A DNA stretch of 64,000 nt from an uncultured Candidatus Saccharibacteria bacterium (GTDB taxonomy: Bacteria > Patescibacteriota > Minisyncoccia > UBA6257 > UBA9933): positions 64,899 through 128,898 of the forward strand of contig CAZXNT010000003.1 of the NCBI GenBank assembly GCA_964642155.1, read 5' to 3'. Each line of letters starts with the position of its first letter. Position 1 is the stretch's first letter. Made by a program: the position numbers and the translations under genes. The notes below the pieces were generated by a model, which made no database searches, was not told where the DNA came from, and saw only the letters and a program-made list of their open reading frames with translations. Shown piece after piece: positions 8,826 to 18,641 of this stretch.

Positions 8826-9422
8826 TTATTTTCTGCCTATAATCTGTATCCAAGGAGACTTAATTTCAGAAAACACAATTTTAATCCCTAAATTTTGCAA
8901 ATATAATTTTATTTCATCAACGGTAAAATAACTAAAAAATCTTTCGTATTGGTATCCGTAATCATTTTCAATTTTTATTTCCTCTTCTACTCCTTGCGAT
9001 TTTTTCTCTTTAACCGCGATATAAATATATCCTCCTGTTTTCAACTTTGTTATAACTTTCTCCAATTTATCTTTTACTTTTCGTTTTGGAATATGAAGTA
9101 AAACCGCTTGCATGAAAATACCGTTAAATAAATAATCTAATTTATCTATTTCACTTAAATCAAACACAAAAAAATTTCCATTTGGAATCTCCCGCTTTGC
9201 GATTTCAATCATTTTTTCAGAAAAATCAACTCCAATCACTCGCAACCCTTTTTTAATAAGATATTTTGATTTTGTGCCGGCGCCACAACCAACATCAAGC
9301 GCCAAATCGCCTTTTTGTAAAAAAGAAATAAATTTATCCGTTCCTCCCGCCCACCAGTCGTCTTTTTGGTGATTTCTATGCCAATCTTCGGCTATTCGAT
9401 TATAAGTTTCTTTTAAATTCAT
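8826..9422 (-). CDS. Class I SAM-dependent methyltransferase
   Basis: LDVGCGAG, GVDFSEKM, AVLLHIP. Confidence 0.9.
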   Translation of the reverse strand: MNLKETYNRIAEDWHRNHQKDDWWAGGTDKFISFLQKGDLALDVGCGAGTKSKYLIKKGLRVIGVDFSEKMIEIAKREIPNGNFFVFDLSEIDKLDYLFNGIFMQAVLLHIPKRKVKDKLEKVITKLKTGGYIYIAVKEKKSQGVEEEIKIENDYGYQYERFFSYFTVDEIKLYLQNLGIKIVFSEIKSPWIQIIGRK

Positions 9423-9450
9423 ATCTTATCCCCCATAACATTTTAAAATC

Positions 9451-9876
9451 TTATCTTTTTATCCGTAGAAATAATTTTAAATCCTTTACGCTTTTTTCTG
9501 TTAAATCATACTCAAAAACTTTATCCAGAGATATCCAATCAAAGCCCTCACCCTCCGATAACTGCATCTGCGATTTACCCAAATCACTTTCTACAAAAAA
9601 TACATATCTGTATGTTTGTAATTCTTCATTTAGATAATCGCAAAGTGGTACAATTTTTTCTTCTGGAATTTTTATGCCAAGTTCTTCTTCTAATTCTCTC
9701 ACAAAAATCTGCTTTGGCGATTCATCTCCCTTATTCAATCCACCGAAGAAAGCCCATTAATTTGGATTTATATTTGTCTTTGAATCTCGTTTATGCAACA
9801 ATACTGATTTATTTTTGAGATTGTATAAAAATCCGCCGGCGTAAAATTTTTCTTTTTTTATATTTTTATTTCCCAT
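9451..9876 (-). pseudogene. NUDIX hydrolase with in-frame TAA at 9757-9759
   Basis: Reads MGNK..LLHKRDSKTNINPN*WAFFGGLNKGDESPKQIFVRELEEELG in one frame (Nudix box). Confidence 0.8.
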
Positions 9877-9890
9877 GGCATTTTTTGATT

Positions 9891-10350
9891 TTATTTCTGT
9901 GTCCGCAGAAATTGTTTATGACCATTTTCTACGTATTGTCTTGCAATTTTATCATCTTCAATAGTTCGAAACTTATGATGATAGCTAAAAAAAACTTTCA
10001 ATTAATTTCCTTTCATCTTCGGGTATTTCACTCCATTTCTTAATTGATATCATGGTTTCATCAACAGCCACGATTTTATCGTCTTCATCGTCACGTCTTA
10101 TTAAAGCTATGGGTTCAACCTCAATTTCTTGACCAACTTCTAATGCCTTATTTGATAATATCAATATATCAATCTCGTCGCCTTCCTTTTCATTCAACGT
10201 TTCAGGAATATATCCATAGTGAATTGGCATAATTCCATCATTAACTGAAATTACATCTTTAGTAGGACCAAGATCTATAAATCCAGACTTATCATACTTG
10301 ATATGTCGTCTCCTATTATCACCTTTTGGAATTTCGATAATTGCCTTCAT
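9891..10350 (-). pseudogene. ppa: Inorganic pyrophosphatase frameshifted in a T8 run (9987-9994)
   Basis: IEIPKG, YGYIPET, DEIDIL, DDKIVAV; removing one T extends ESFF to SYHHKFRTIEDDKIARQYVENGHKQFLRTQK*. Confidence 0.75.
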
Positions 10351-10360
10351 ATATTTATTC

Positions 10361-12682
10361 CTATTTTCCATGGCATTTTTTAAATTTTTTCCCGCTTCCG
10401 CAATAACATATGTCATTTCTTCCAAGTTTATGCGATTTAATATCTATAGATGAATGGCTTACTAAATTTTCCGTTTCCTGATTCCTATTTACTGATTCCT
10501 GCTTACTAAATTTTTCTTTATTCTCTTCCAGCCATTTATCAAAATTCGCGACCATTTCTTTATACATCATATTGCTTTCTCTGCGATATTCCACCAAAGG
10601 GTCGTGCTGACCGTAAGCGCGCAAACGCACTGATTCGCGAAGCGCTTCCATATTTTCCAAATGGCTCATCCAAAGCGCGTCAAGCATTCCAAAAATTTGA
10701 GGATTAACTCCGCCCTCAAGCATCTTTTGTCTTTTTTCGTAAATCGCGGTTCTTTGTTTGTTTAAAACATCGTCGTATTCCAATAAATGTTTTCTGGAAT
10801 CAAAATTCAATCCCTCAATTTTTTTCTGGGCCTCATTGACGACTCTGGAAATAAGCCGCGATTCAATCGGATGGTCTTCAGGTAAATCAAGCCGCTCCAT
10901 CAGCGATTTTATTTTTTCTCCGCCGAAAATTCTCAATAAATCGTCTTCCAATGAAAGAAAGAATCTAGTTTCTCCCGGGTCGCCTTGCCTTCCGCTTCGG
11001 CCGCGCAACTGATTGTCAATCCGACGAGCTTCATGGCGTTCAGTGCCAATAACGCACAATCCTCCCAATTCTTTTATTTTTTGTTGTTCTTCAACGCTTG
11101 AAGGAGTGCCGCCGAGAACAATATCAACGCCGCGCCCCGCCATATTGGTCGCCACTGTCACGGCTCCGATTCTTCCCGCTTGAGCAATAACCGCTCCTTC
11201 TTGTTCATGATTTTTTGCGTTTAAAACTTCGTGAGGAACGCCGGCTTGCCTCAATAGATAAGAAAAAAGTTCGTTATGCTCAATTGAAGCGGTACCGATC
11301 AAAACCGGCTGGCCCAATTGGCGGCGTTTTTTTATTTCTTCAACCACAGCGCCGCATTTCGCCTTAAAAGTTTTGTAAATCAAATCCGCTTGGTCTTTGC
11401 GAACCATCGGTTTATTGGTCGGGATATTGGCAACTTCCAGATTATAAACTTTGTGAAATTCCTCGGCAGAAGTCTGAGCCGTGCCGGTCATTCCGCTCAA
11501 CTTTTCATACAAACGAAAATAATTTTGGATGGTAATGGAAGCGTATGTCCGCGACTCCTGTTTCACTTCAATGCTCTCCTTTGCTTCAATCGCCTGATGC
11601 AAACCGCCGGAATATCGGCGGCCGTACATTTTCCTGCCGGTAAATTCATCAATAATTACTATTTCGTTATTCTCAACGATATAATTTTTGTCTCTCTTAA
11701 AAAGCGCGAAGGCTTTTAACGATTCTTCAAGATAATGAACCAGCCGAAGATTTTCCGGCTCGTAAAGATTTTTGATGTTTAAAATTTTTTCGATCTTGGC
11801 AATGCCTTCGTCCGTAATCGTCGTCGCTTTCGCTTTTTCCTCAACTGAATAATCTTTTTCTTTTTCAAGCCGACTGACAATTTTGGCGAATACTTTATAA
11901 TATTCGCTTGATTCAGCGTCGGGCGCGGAAATAATTAAGGGCGTCCGCGCTTCGTCTATTAAAATACTGTCAACCTCGTCAATAATCGCGTAGTAAAACG
12001 GTTTTCTCTGAGCCTGGTCTTCCGGCCGATACGCCAAATTATCCCTTAAATAATCAAATCCGAATTCATGGTTGGTGCCGTAAAGAATATTGCATTGATA
12101 AGCTTCTTTGCGGGAAATCGGCCGAAGAAAATCATAAAAAATTTTATAACTTCCAAAAATATCGCGTTCTTTGTCTTCTTGGGTAGTTTCTTTTTTATAA
12201 TGCGAATCATAAATGAACGCCGCTTCATGCGTTAAACACCCAACCGTTAAACCAAGCGCGTCGTAAATCTGACCCATCCAAATCGCGTCTCTGCGAGCTA
12301 AATAATCATTAACAGTAATTATATGAACTCCTTTTCCGGATAAGGCGTTAGAGTAAGCCGCCAAAGTGGCGGTTAAAGTTTTCCCTTCACCGGTCGCCAT
12401 TTCCACGATTTTGCCCTGATGCAAGACAATGCCGCCAATAAGCTGAACGTCAAAATGCCGCTGGCCAAGAGTTCGTTTAGCGGCTTCGCGGCACAAAGCG
12501 AATGCTTCCGGTAAAACATTATTTAATAATTCACCTTCAGTAATTCGCTTTTTCAACGCCAAACTTCTTTCTTTTAAATTATCATTATCGAGTTTTTCCA
12601 ATTCCGGCTCCAAATTATTAATAGCCGCGATTAGCGGCTTAAAATCCTCCTTGCCAAATAAATTCCTTAAAAAACTAAACAT
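10361..12682 (-). CDS. secA: Preprotein translocase ATPase SecA
   Basis: MATGEGKT, DEVDSILIDEARTPL, VATNMAGRG, QLRGRSGRQGDPG, SEC-C zinc motif. Confidence 0.98.
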   Translation of the reverse strand: MFSFLRNLFGKEDFKPLIAAINNLEPELEKLDNDNLKERSLALKKRITEGELLNNVLPEAFALCREAAKRTLGQRHFDVQLIGGIVLHQGKIVEMATGEGKTLTATLAAYSNALSGKGVHIITVNDYLARRDAIWMGQIYDALGLTVGCLTHEAAFIYDSHYKKETTQEDKERDIFGSYKIFYDFLRPISRKEAYQCNILYGTNHEFGFDYLRDNLAYRPEDQAQRKPFYYAIIDEVDSILIDEARTPLIISAPDAESSEYYKVFAKIVSRLEKEKDYSVEEKAKATTITDEGIAKIEKILNIKNLYEPENLRLVHYLEESLKAFALFKRDKNYIVENNEIVIIDEFTGRKMYGRRYSGGLHQAIEAKESIEVKQESRTYASITIQNYFRLYEKLSGMTGTAQTSAEEFHKVYNLEVANIPTNKPMVRKDQADLIYKTFKAKCGAVVEEIKKRRQLGQPVLIGTASIEHNELFSYLLRQAGVPHEVLNAKNHEQEGAVIAQAGRIGAVTVATNMAGRGVDIVLGGTPSSVEEQQKIKELGGLCVIGTERHEARRIDNQLRGRSGRQGDPGETRFFLSLEDDLLRIFGGEKIKSLMERLDLPEDHPIESRLISRVVNEAQKKIEGLNFDSRKHLLEYDDVLNKQRTAIYEKRQKMLEGGVNPQIFGMLDALWMSHLENMEALRESVRLRAYGQHDPLVEYRRESNMMYKEMVANFDKWLEENKEKFSKQESVNRNQETENLVSHSSIDIKSHKLGRNDICYCGSGKKFKKCHGK

Positions 12683-12722
12683 TCCTTAATTATAATGTTT
12701 TTTTGCCAAAAATAAAGAAAAT

Positions 12723-13583
12723 CTACGGACTCCAATTTATAATCACATCGGTTACTGTCGGGGAATTCGTTCCGGAAGCGTCAGAATATAAAAATATTTT
12801 GTAACGGAAATATCTTTGATTGTTATGATACGCCAAATTTATTTGAGTCGAAATTCCCGTGTTCGCCGGAGCGTAATAAGTTGTTGCCGAACCGTCCGGA
12901 CCCTTGTAATCCCATGGTCCAGCAGCGCTGTTTGACGAAGCGATTTGAAATTTAACGCTTGTTCCGCTCAACTGCGTTCCTTGCCACATAATGGTATTTA
13001 TCGCTGAACCGCCAATTGCCCAAGTGTCAAAAACCGAAGAAACTAAACTGCCAGAAGTGGATGTTGAAACAGAACTTGTTTTAACTTTATAATCGGACGG
13101 TGAACAACCGCCAGCGCCGGAATTAACGCAATTAAAACTAAACCAGCCGACATTATCATTCCACGCCCAGCCGGAAAAATCGCCGTTTGACGGATTAACA
13201 AAAACGCCATAAGCCTGGCTTTGTGTTGTTGTACCGGAAAAACTGAGCCAACCAAAATTATCATTCCAAGCATAACCGCTCAAACTTCCGGTTCCGTCTT
13301 TTAAAACTTTAAAATCGCTCGTTCCGCAAACATTACCGCTCGGCGAAGTAGCGCAATCAAGTGCGATAAAGCCGATTGATGAAGAAGCGTAGCCAGTCAG
13401 TTGTGTTGAAGAGACATTGACATTATTCGTCGTATAAAAATCAACCCAACCGATTACATCATTCCAGGCATAGCGGTAGGTTGAATCAATATTGGTGGCG
13501 GCGGAAACAGTAGTAAGTAGAAAGTAGATAGTAGATAGTAAAACAACGAGGCACACCGCAAAAATAATTTTTATTTTAAACAT
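12723..13583 (-). CDS. Secreted protein with AWND-x-GW repeats (pilus-associated adhesin-like)
   Basis: Signal peptide; three AWND..GW repeats shared with 15650-16822. Confidence 0.7.
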   Translation of the reverse strand: MFKIKIIFAVCLVVLLSTIYFLLTTVSAATNIDSTYRYAWNDVIGWVDFYTTNNVNVSSTQLTGYASSSIGFIALDCATSPSGNVCGTSDFKVLKDGTGSLSGYAWNDNFGWLSFSGTTTQSQAYGVFVNPSNGDFSGWAWNDNVGWFSFNCVNSGAGGCSPSDYKVKTSSVSTSTSGSLVSSVFDTWAIGGSAINTIMWQGTQLSGTSVKFQIASSNSAAGPWDYKGPDGSATTYYAPANTGISTQINLAYHNNQRYFRYKIFLYSDASGTNSPTVTDVIINWSP

Positions 13584-13825
13584 ATTTTAATTTATTTTAT
13601 CATAATCCAATTATCATTACAAATTACCTATGTTCAATTTCGTATAAATTTTTATATAAATTATCGCAGATATTAAATTTTATATCTTTAATCTTTCTTG
13701 CTATCCCATAGGATAGCAAGAATAGTTGAGTTAAATTGAGATTACGGGGCCTGATCACGAAATCTTTAATTTCCCTTACAATCCTATGAAATAGCAAGGG
13801 TTTTGTATAAAAAATTAAAAAAAAT

Positions 13826-13922
13826 ACCCCGTTAGAAATAATACCTCTTTGTTCTACGGCGAGGTTACATTTTAGAATAATTCTGGCGGGGTCTAATGCC
13901 CCGCTGGAATTTCTAACGGGGT
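13826..13922. repeat. ~97-bp palindromic element
   Basis: Terminal IR ACCCCGTTAGAAAT/ATTTCTAACGGGGT; inner hairpin AATTCTGGCGGGG/CCCCGCTGGAATT. Confidence 0.7.
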
Positions 13923-13929
13923 TTACTTT

Positions 13930-14427
13930 TCAATTTATTAATTTCTTTCTCCGCCTTGGCATTGTTGGGTCAAGGAATTTCCATCTCCCCTTTCCGGATG
14001 CGTTCGGCAATCTGTCAAATATCTCATCCATAATATTAATGATATCCGCCATTCCGTCCGCCATATCGCTAAATGAAAATTGAAGAAAATGTTTTGGTGT
14101 TTTATCTGATTTATTGTTATTTTTATTTTTTTTGGAAATTTCAAAATAACTCTTATATTCGCCGTTTCCAATACTTTTTTTAATTGAACTAATGGTGTTC
14201 GGAGACAGCCAAAGAATTTCGCTGATTTGGTGATAATTCATTCCTTTTTTAAATAAAGAAATGATCGCCAATCTCCTGATAATATTTCTTTTTTCTTGAT
14301 TGGTTAATAAATTATTTAAAAATAATTCTAATTTTTTATTGCTCGCGATTTTTGAAAACTCTTTCCAAAGATAGTTTTCCCATTCTTTCCGGGACGAAAA
14401 TTCGGAAAGATTTTTTATATTTTCCAT
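13930..14427 (-). CDS. TrpR/YerC-YecD-like helix-turn-helix protein
   Basis: LLTNQEKRNIIRRLAIISLFKKGMNYHQISEILWLSPNTISSIKK; ATG start at 14427 preferred. Confidence 0.8.
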   Translation of the reverse strand: MENIKNLSEFSSRKEWENYLWKEFSKIASNKKLELFLNNLLTNQEKRNIIRRLAIISLFKKGMNYHQISEILWLSPNTISSIKKSIGNGEYKSYFEISKKNKNNNKSDKTPKHFLQFSFSDMADGMADIINIMDEIFDRLPNASGKGRWKFLDPTMPRRRKKLIN

Positions 14428-14799
14428 AATTTTAAATTTTGATATTTTAAGCAAAATAGAATATTAAGATAAAACATTAATAAGATTTTAAAACATCCTT
14501 GCTCTTGCTATCTTATAGGATAGCAAGAGCAAGGAAAAAAGCAAACAAAATAGACAAGGAATAGTAAGAAGAATGATAGAAGAGCAAGAAGAAAAAGAAT
14601 AAAGAGGATATATTCCTTGCTATCCTGTAGGATAGCAAGGAAAAGAATAGGTGGAATACTTAAACAGATTAATAGAAAAACGGAAATATAAAAAAATCAC
14701 TCTAAAATGGCTAAAAGAAATTGATTTGGGCAACGAAAAAATAAAAAAGTTAACTCTGGAATAAATTATTGACTTACGAAGTCAATAAGATTGGGGTAA

Positions 14800-14889
14800 T
14801 TATTTATTTTCTAACGCTTCAATTCTTGATTTTAATTCTTTGATCTCAGTGTCTTTTTCCGCTTTGAGTTCTTTAATTGTCAACCATTG
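14800..14889 (-). pseudogene. Orphan C-terminal coiled coil resembling the end of a peptidase S74 (tail-fibre chaperone) domain
   Basis: Reads QWLTIKELKAEKDTEIKELKSRIEALENK* just downstream of the 14904 gene. Confidence 0.55.
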
Positions 14890-14903
14890 TCCCTATTTAT
14901 TTT

Positions 14904-15629
14904 TTATTTTCCTAGTTTATAAACCCTTGAATAGAGTGTTGTTGTGCCGTCATGATAACATCTATAATTTTCTCCTTTTCTAACAACCGCCGTACATCCA
15001 GCTTGATTGACTGCCGGTAGAGCATTTTGTGAATATACAGATATTCCACCCGCCTCACACAGTATATAAGTCAATGTTCCGCCAACGCCATTACACATAA
15101 AAATTAAGTCTGTATCTGCTAGATAGTAAGTAGTATTAGTCATACCTGTTGTTGGCACTCTCAAAATTGAAACTGTCCCCACAACATCAAGAGTTGCATC
15201 CGGCGTTGGCGTCCCAATGCCGACGTAGCCATTGCTCCCGTCTATAACTAAATAATTTGCTCCCGTAAAATTACCAATTTCAAATTTTCCTGCTCCAATA
15301 GCATTCCCTGACCCAGACGACATTAAACTAAAAGTTCTCGCCCCAACTCCTCCTCCAGTAAGATTTAAAATTCCGCCGGCAGTTCCTGTATTAGTGATAC
15401 GCGCAAGAGTATTAAGAGAAAAAGGATTATTATTTGATGCCACGATATCTAAGGAAACTTGAGGTGTTGATGTCCCGATGCCGACGTTGCCGTTGTAATA
15501 ATATAAAGCGCCGCCGCCGGAAGGAGGGTTGGCGGTAGGATTGGTCCAAGCATTAACCAAAACAGCAATTAAAAGACCGACTATTATTGAAGTTAAAATT
15601 GGAAATAAAATTTTTTGTTTATTTTTCAT
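14904..15629 (-). CDS. Secreted fibre/adhesin-like protein with GNVGIGT repeats
   Basis: Signal/TM, AWTNPTANPP, two G(N/Y)VGIGTxTP repeats, Cys-containing C-terminus. Confidence 0.7.
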   Translation of the reverse strand: MKNKQKILFPILTSIIVGLLIAVLVNAWTNPTANPPSGGGALYYYNGNVGIGTSTPQVSLDIVASNNNPFSLNTLARITNTGTAGGILNLTGGGVGARTFSLMSSGSGNAIGAGKFEIGNFTGANYLVIDGSNGYVGIGTPTPDATLDVVGTVSILRVPTTGMTNTTYYLADTDLIFMCNGVGGTLTYILCEAGGISVYSQNALPAVNQAGCTAVVRKGENYRCYHDGTTTLYSRVYKLGK

Positions 15630-15649
15630 TTTTTTTATTATAACATATC

Positions 15650-16822
15650 CTACGGACGCCAGCTAGTTTTCACCTTATAATTAACCGTTCCGCAAGTGCT
15701 TGTGTTGGAACAATTGAACGAAACCCAACCCTTGATATCGTTCCACGCCCAGCCGGAAAATTCTCCCGTAGAAGTATTGATAACGACCTGATACGTTGGA
15801 TTTGACGGACAAACCCAATTACTGCCACTTAAAGTTGAACCGCCGGAAGCGTTTCCGCAAAAACTTGTCCAGCCGATTCCATCATTCCACGCCCAACCTG
15901 CCAAATTTCCGCTCGCGTCATTGGAAACTTTAAAATTACTCGTCCCGCAAATATTATTATTCGGCGTGGAATTACAATTCAAAGCGACAAAACCGACTGA
16001 TAAACTTGCGTATCCTTCAAGCCGGTCAGAATAAACTTTTACATTGCCTGTTGAAAATCCGAAATCAATCCAGCCAATTAAGTCATTCCATGCCCATTTG
16101 TCCGTTGAATCAATGGTGCCAGTGGCGTTACTGCCCCCCCCCGCAGCGCCGCTAATCGTTATTGCGCCCGTTGAACTTGAATAATTAATATTGGTTGAAC
16201 TGGCGAATTTATTGTTTATTAAAGTGTTATTGGTGCTGGTTGAAAAAAATTCTTGATTATTACCGCCGCTCCAATCGGTCTGAATAAAAACTTTATTCTG
16301 GTTCCGCGTCAGATATTGGATTTTATTCAGATTGCGTCCGCCTTCCCAATTTACATAAACCATTATTTTTTGAGTTGAAGGGTCATCCGCAATTCCGCTG
16401 TCGCCCACAGCCGCGCAGGAAGTAGTGGCGTTAGTTGTGATATTGCCGATGCCGCATAAATCACGACTTGCGTTTTCAATTAAAAAATAACGGGTAAAAT
16501 TTTTGCCTTCAATAATAGTAGTGGTAGCGCCGGAAACCAACGCAAAAGCCGTGCCCGAAGCAGTTAAATAAAATTGTGAGTCCACTCCTTTACTCGCCGG
16601 TGGAATATAAACTTTTTGCCAGTCGGAATAAGCGAGCGATTGAAGATTATCAATATATTCCGAAGCCAAAGACAAAGCGATTTGCGCTGTTTTGGTGTCA
16701 AAATTACTTCTTAACACAACAACGATCGTTGTGGCCGCCGCGCCGATTAAAATAGTGGCAATCGCCATGCCGATAATGACTTCTATTAAACTTTGTCCCT
16801 TATTAGTATTGAATCTGTCCAT
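15650..16822 (-). CDS. Type IV minor pilin-like protein with AWND repeat domain
   Basis: Prepilin site KG/QSLIEVII; C-terminal AWND..GW repeats. Confidence 0.85.
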   Translation of the reverse strand: MDRFNTNKGQSLIEVIIGMAIATILIGAAATTIVVVLRSNFDTKTAQIALSLASEYIDNLQSLAYSDWQKVYIPPASKGVDSQFYLTASGTAFALVSGATTTIIEGKNFTRYFLIENASRDLCGIGNITTNATTSCAAVGDSGIADDPSTQKIMVYVNWEGGRNLNKIQYLTRNQNKVFIQTDWSGGNNQEFFSTSTNNTLINNKFASSTNINYSSSTGAITISGAAGGGSNATGTIDSTDKWAWNDLIGWIDFGFSTGNVKVYSDRLEGYASLSVGFVALNCNSTPNNNICGTSNFKVSNDASGNLAGWAWNDGIGWTSFCGNASGGSTLSGSNWVCPSNPTYQVVINTSTGEFSGWAWNDIKGWVSFNCSNTSTCGTVNYKVKTSWRP

Positions 16823-17261
16823 TTGTGTTAACGATTATTGTTTTGGAAATTGACGCGTCTCTTTTAAGGGAAATTATAATAGTGGTTGACGCGTTCGGCA
16901 AACCGCTGACCGGAGCGAAAATAACGTCTTTGCTGTTTCCGGATGTTGGGTCGGAAAATTGAATAGTCGGCCTAAACGAATTTTTAGAGATTATCGTTCC
17001 AGTGGCATAAGTCGTTCCGGAAAATAAATCGTAAAATCCGCCGCTGGAAACTGAATTTTCAAAATGAATGCCATAATGGCTGCTTGATTCCTGCGAGATT
17101 GACCTATCCTGCGCGTTTCTTAAAATTATCGTAATTTCCCGCGCCGTTAAATCAAGGTCTTGCGTTCCGCGATAACCGAAAAGATTTAAAAAAGAAACCG
17201 TGGATACAACTGCAATAATGCCGATAGTTATTAATAATTCTATAAGTGTAAAGGCTCTCAT
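16803..17261 (-). CDS. Type IV minor pilin (FimT/GspH-like)
   Basis: RA/FTLIELLITIGII prepilin motif. Confidence 0.85.
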   Translation of the reverse strand: MRAFTLIELLITIGIIAVVSTVSFLNLFGYRGTQDLDLTAREITIILRNAQDRSISQESSSHYGIHFENSVSSGGFYDLFSGTTYATGTIISKNSFRPTIQFSDPTSGNSKDVIFAPVSGLPNASTTIIISLKRDASISKTIIVNTNGQIQY

Positions 17262-17262
17262 T

Positions 17263-18474
17263 TTAGAATTGTCCTACTAACTGATATATCGGCACGATGA
17301 CCGCCAAAGCGATGGTGCCGATGATAAGTCCGATAACCAAAAGCAAAATCGGCTCCAAGAATGAAACCATTGATTTTATCGCGGTCTCTATCTCCGAAGT
17401 GTAAAAATCAGCCAAGGTCGTTAAAATGCTTTCCATATGGCCGGCCTTTTCAGAAATTGACATCAGATTAACCACCACTCTCGGGAAAGTCGGCTCTTTG
17501 CGAAAAGCTTCGCCGATGGTCAAACCTTTGGAAATTCCTTCCCGCGCTATTCTGCGTAAGCTTGTTTTTAATTCTTCATTTCCGACGGCATCAGCGGTGA
17601 TTTCCAGAGAATCAAGGATCGGCAATCCCGAAGAAAGTAATGCCGAAAATGTTGAAGCAAACCGCTGTAAGGCTATTTTTTTAAGAACTCCTCCGACAAT
17701 CGGCGTTTTTGCGATAAATCTTGAAAAAAGTTTTATTCCGATAATAGACTTTGTTATAAAAAACCAAGCGCCAACTAAAAGAATAATTATAAAAACCAAA
17801 ATAAACAAAAAATATTTTCCCATAAAAAGGCCGATTGCAAAAACGATTTTTGAAAATAACGGCGGCTCAAAACCTCCGGACGTAAAAATGTTGGCGATTT
17901 TTGGAAGCGCGAAACTCACCAAGAGGAAAAGAATCGCGGCCGAAGCGGTTAAAAGAATAATTGGATAAGTAATCGCCGCTTTAATCTGCCGTCTTAAATC
18001 CTGCTCTTTTTGCAAGGCAATGCTTAATTGATTAAAAACAAGTTCCAAATTTCCGGAAGTTTCTCCGGCTTTAATCATATTTATAAAAACCGAGGAGAAA
18101 AATCTCGGATACCTGACAAACACGGAATGAAAGGGCTGTCCCTTTTCCAGTGAAGTCCTGATTTCCATCAATAAAGCTTTAAGCGCCGGCTTTTCAAAAT
18201 CAGCGATTAAAATATCAATCGCCCTTAAAAGGTCAGTGCCGACTCTTAGCATTAAAGCCAGATACTTAGTGAGAAAAACCTTGTCTTCAACGTCAATTGA
18301 CTGGCTAAAAATTTTAAACCGGCCGGTTTTTGAAAGTTCTTTCGGCGCTTTTAATGAAATCGGCCTTAATCCCTGGCTGGCGAGAAACCCCAAAACTTCA
18401 GCCACACTTTCAGCTTCATGGTCGCCTTCAATTATTTTCCCATTGGATTGTGATGCAATATAATGAAACCTCAT
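17263..18474 (-). CDS. pilC: Type IV pilus platform protein (PilC/GspF)
   Basis: AGETSGNL, AITYP, SGLPIL, SFLEP. Confidence 0.92.
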   Translation of the reverse strand: MRFHYIASQSNGKIIEGDHEAESVAEVLGFLASQGLRPISLKAPKELSKTGRFKIFSQSIDVEDKVFLTKYLALMLRVGTDLLRAIDILIADFEKPALKALLMEIRTSLEKGQPFHSVFVRYPRFFSSVFINMIKAGETSGNLELVFNQLSIALQKEQDLRRQIKAAITYPIILLTASAAILFLLVSFALPKIANIFTSGGFEPPLFSKIVFAIGLFMGKYFLFILVFIIILLVGAWFFITKSIIGIKLFSRFIAKTPIVGGVLKKIALQRFASTFSALLSSGLPILDSLEITADAVGNEELKTSLRRIAREGISKGLTIGEAFRKEPTFPRVVVNLMSISEKAGHMESILTTLADFYTSEIETAIKSMVSFLEPILLLVIGLIIGTIALAVIVPIYQLVGQF

Positions 18475-18641
18475 CCCTCACCCTTCAAAGATTTTAATTT
18501 TCATTTAAAAAATGAAAAATATTAATTCTTTGAATTTTTATTTTTATTTGAATTTTTATCCACTTACTCTTCAACCCCTCACCCTTTAATTTTAAAGGGT
18601 GAGGGGTTATTTTTTCAAAATATCTTTGAAGGGTGAGGGAT
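18473..18641. repeat. MITE-like element filling the pilB-pilC gap
   Basis: 20-bp terminal IR ATCCCTCACCCTTCAAAGAT/ATCTTTGAAGGGTGAGGGAT plus inner hairpin of the same motif at 18573-18608. Confidence 0.8.

Larger units (their letters stand above)
13695..14642. repeat. Four copies of palindrome CTTGCTATCC-N4-GGATAGCAAG (13695-13722, degenerate 13773-13800, 14496-14535, 14613-14642)
   Basis: Read directly; two copies on each side of the TrpR-like gene. Confidence 0.85.
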
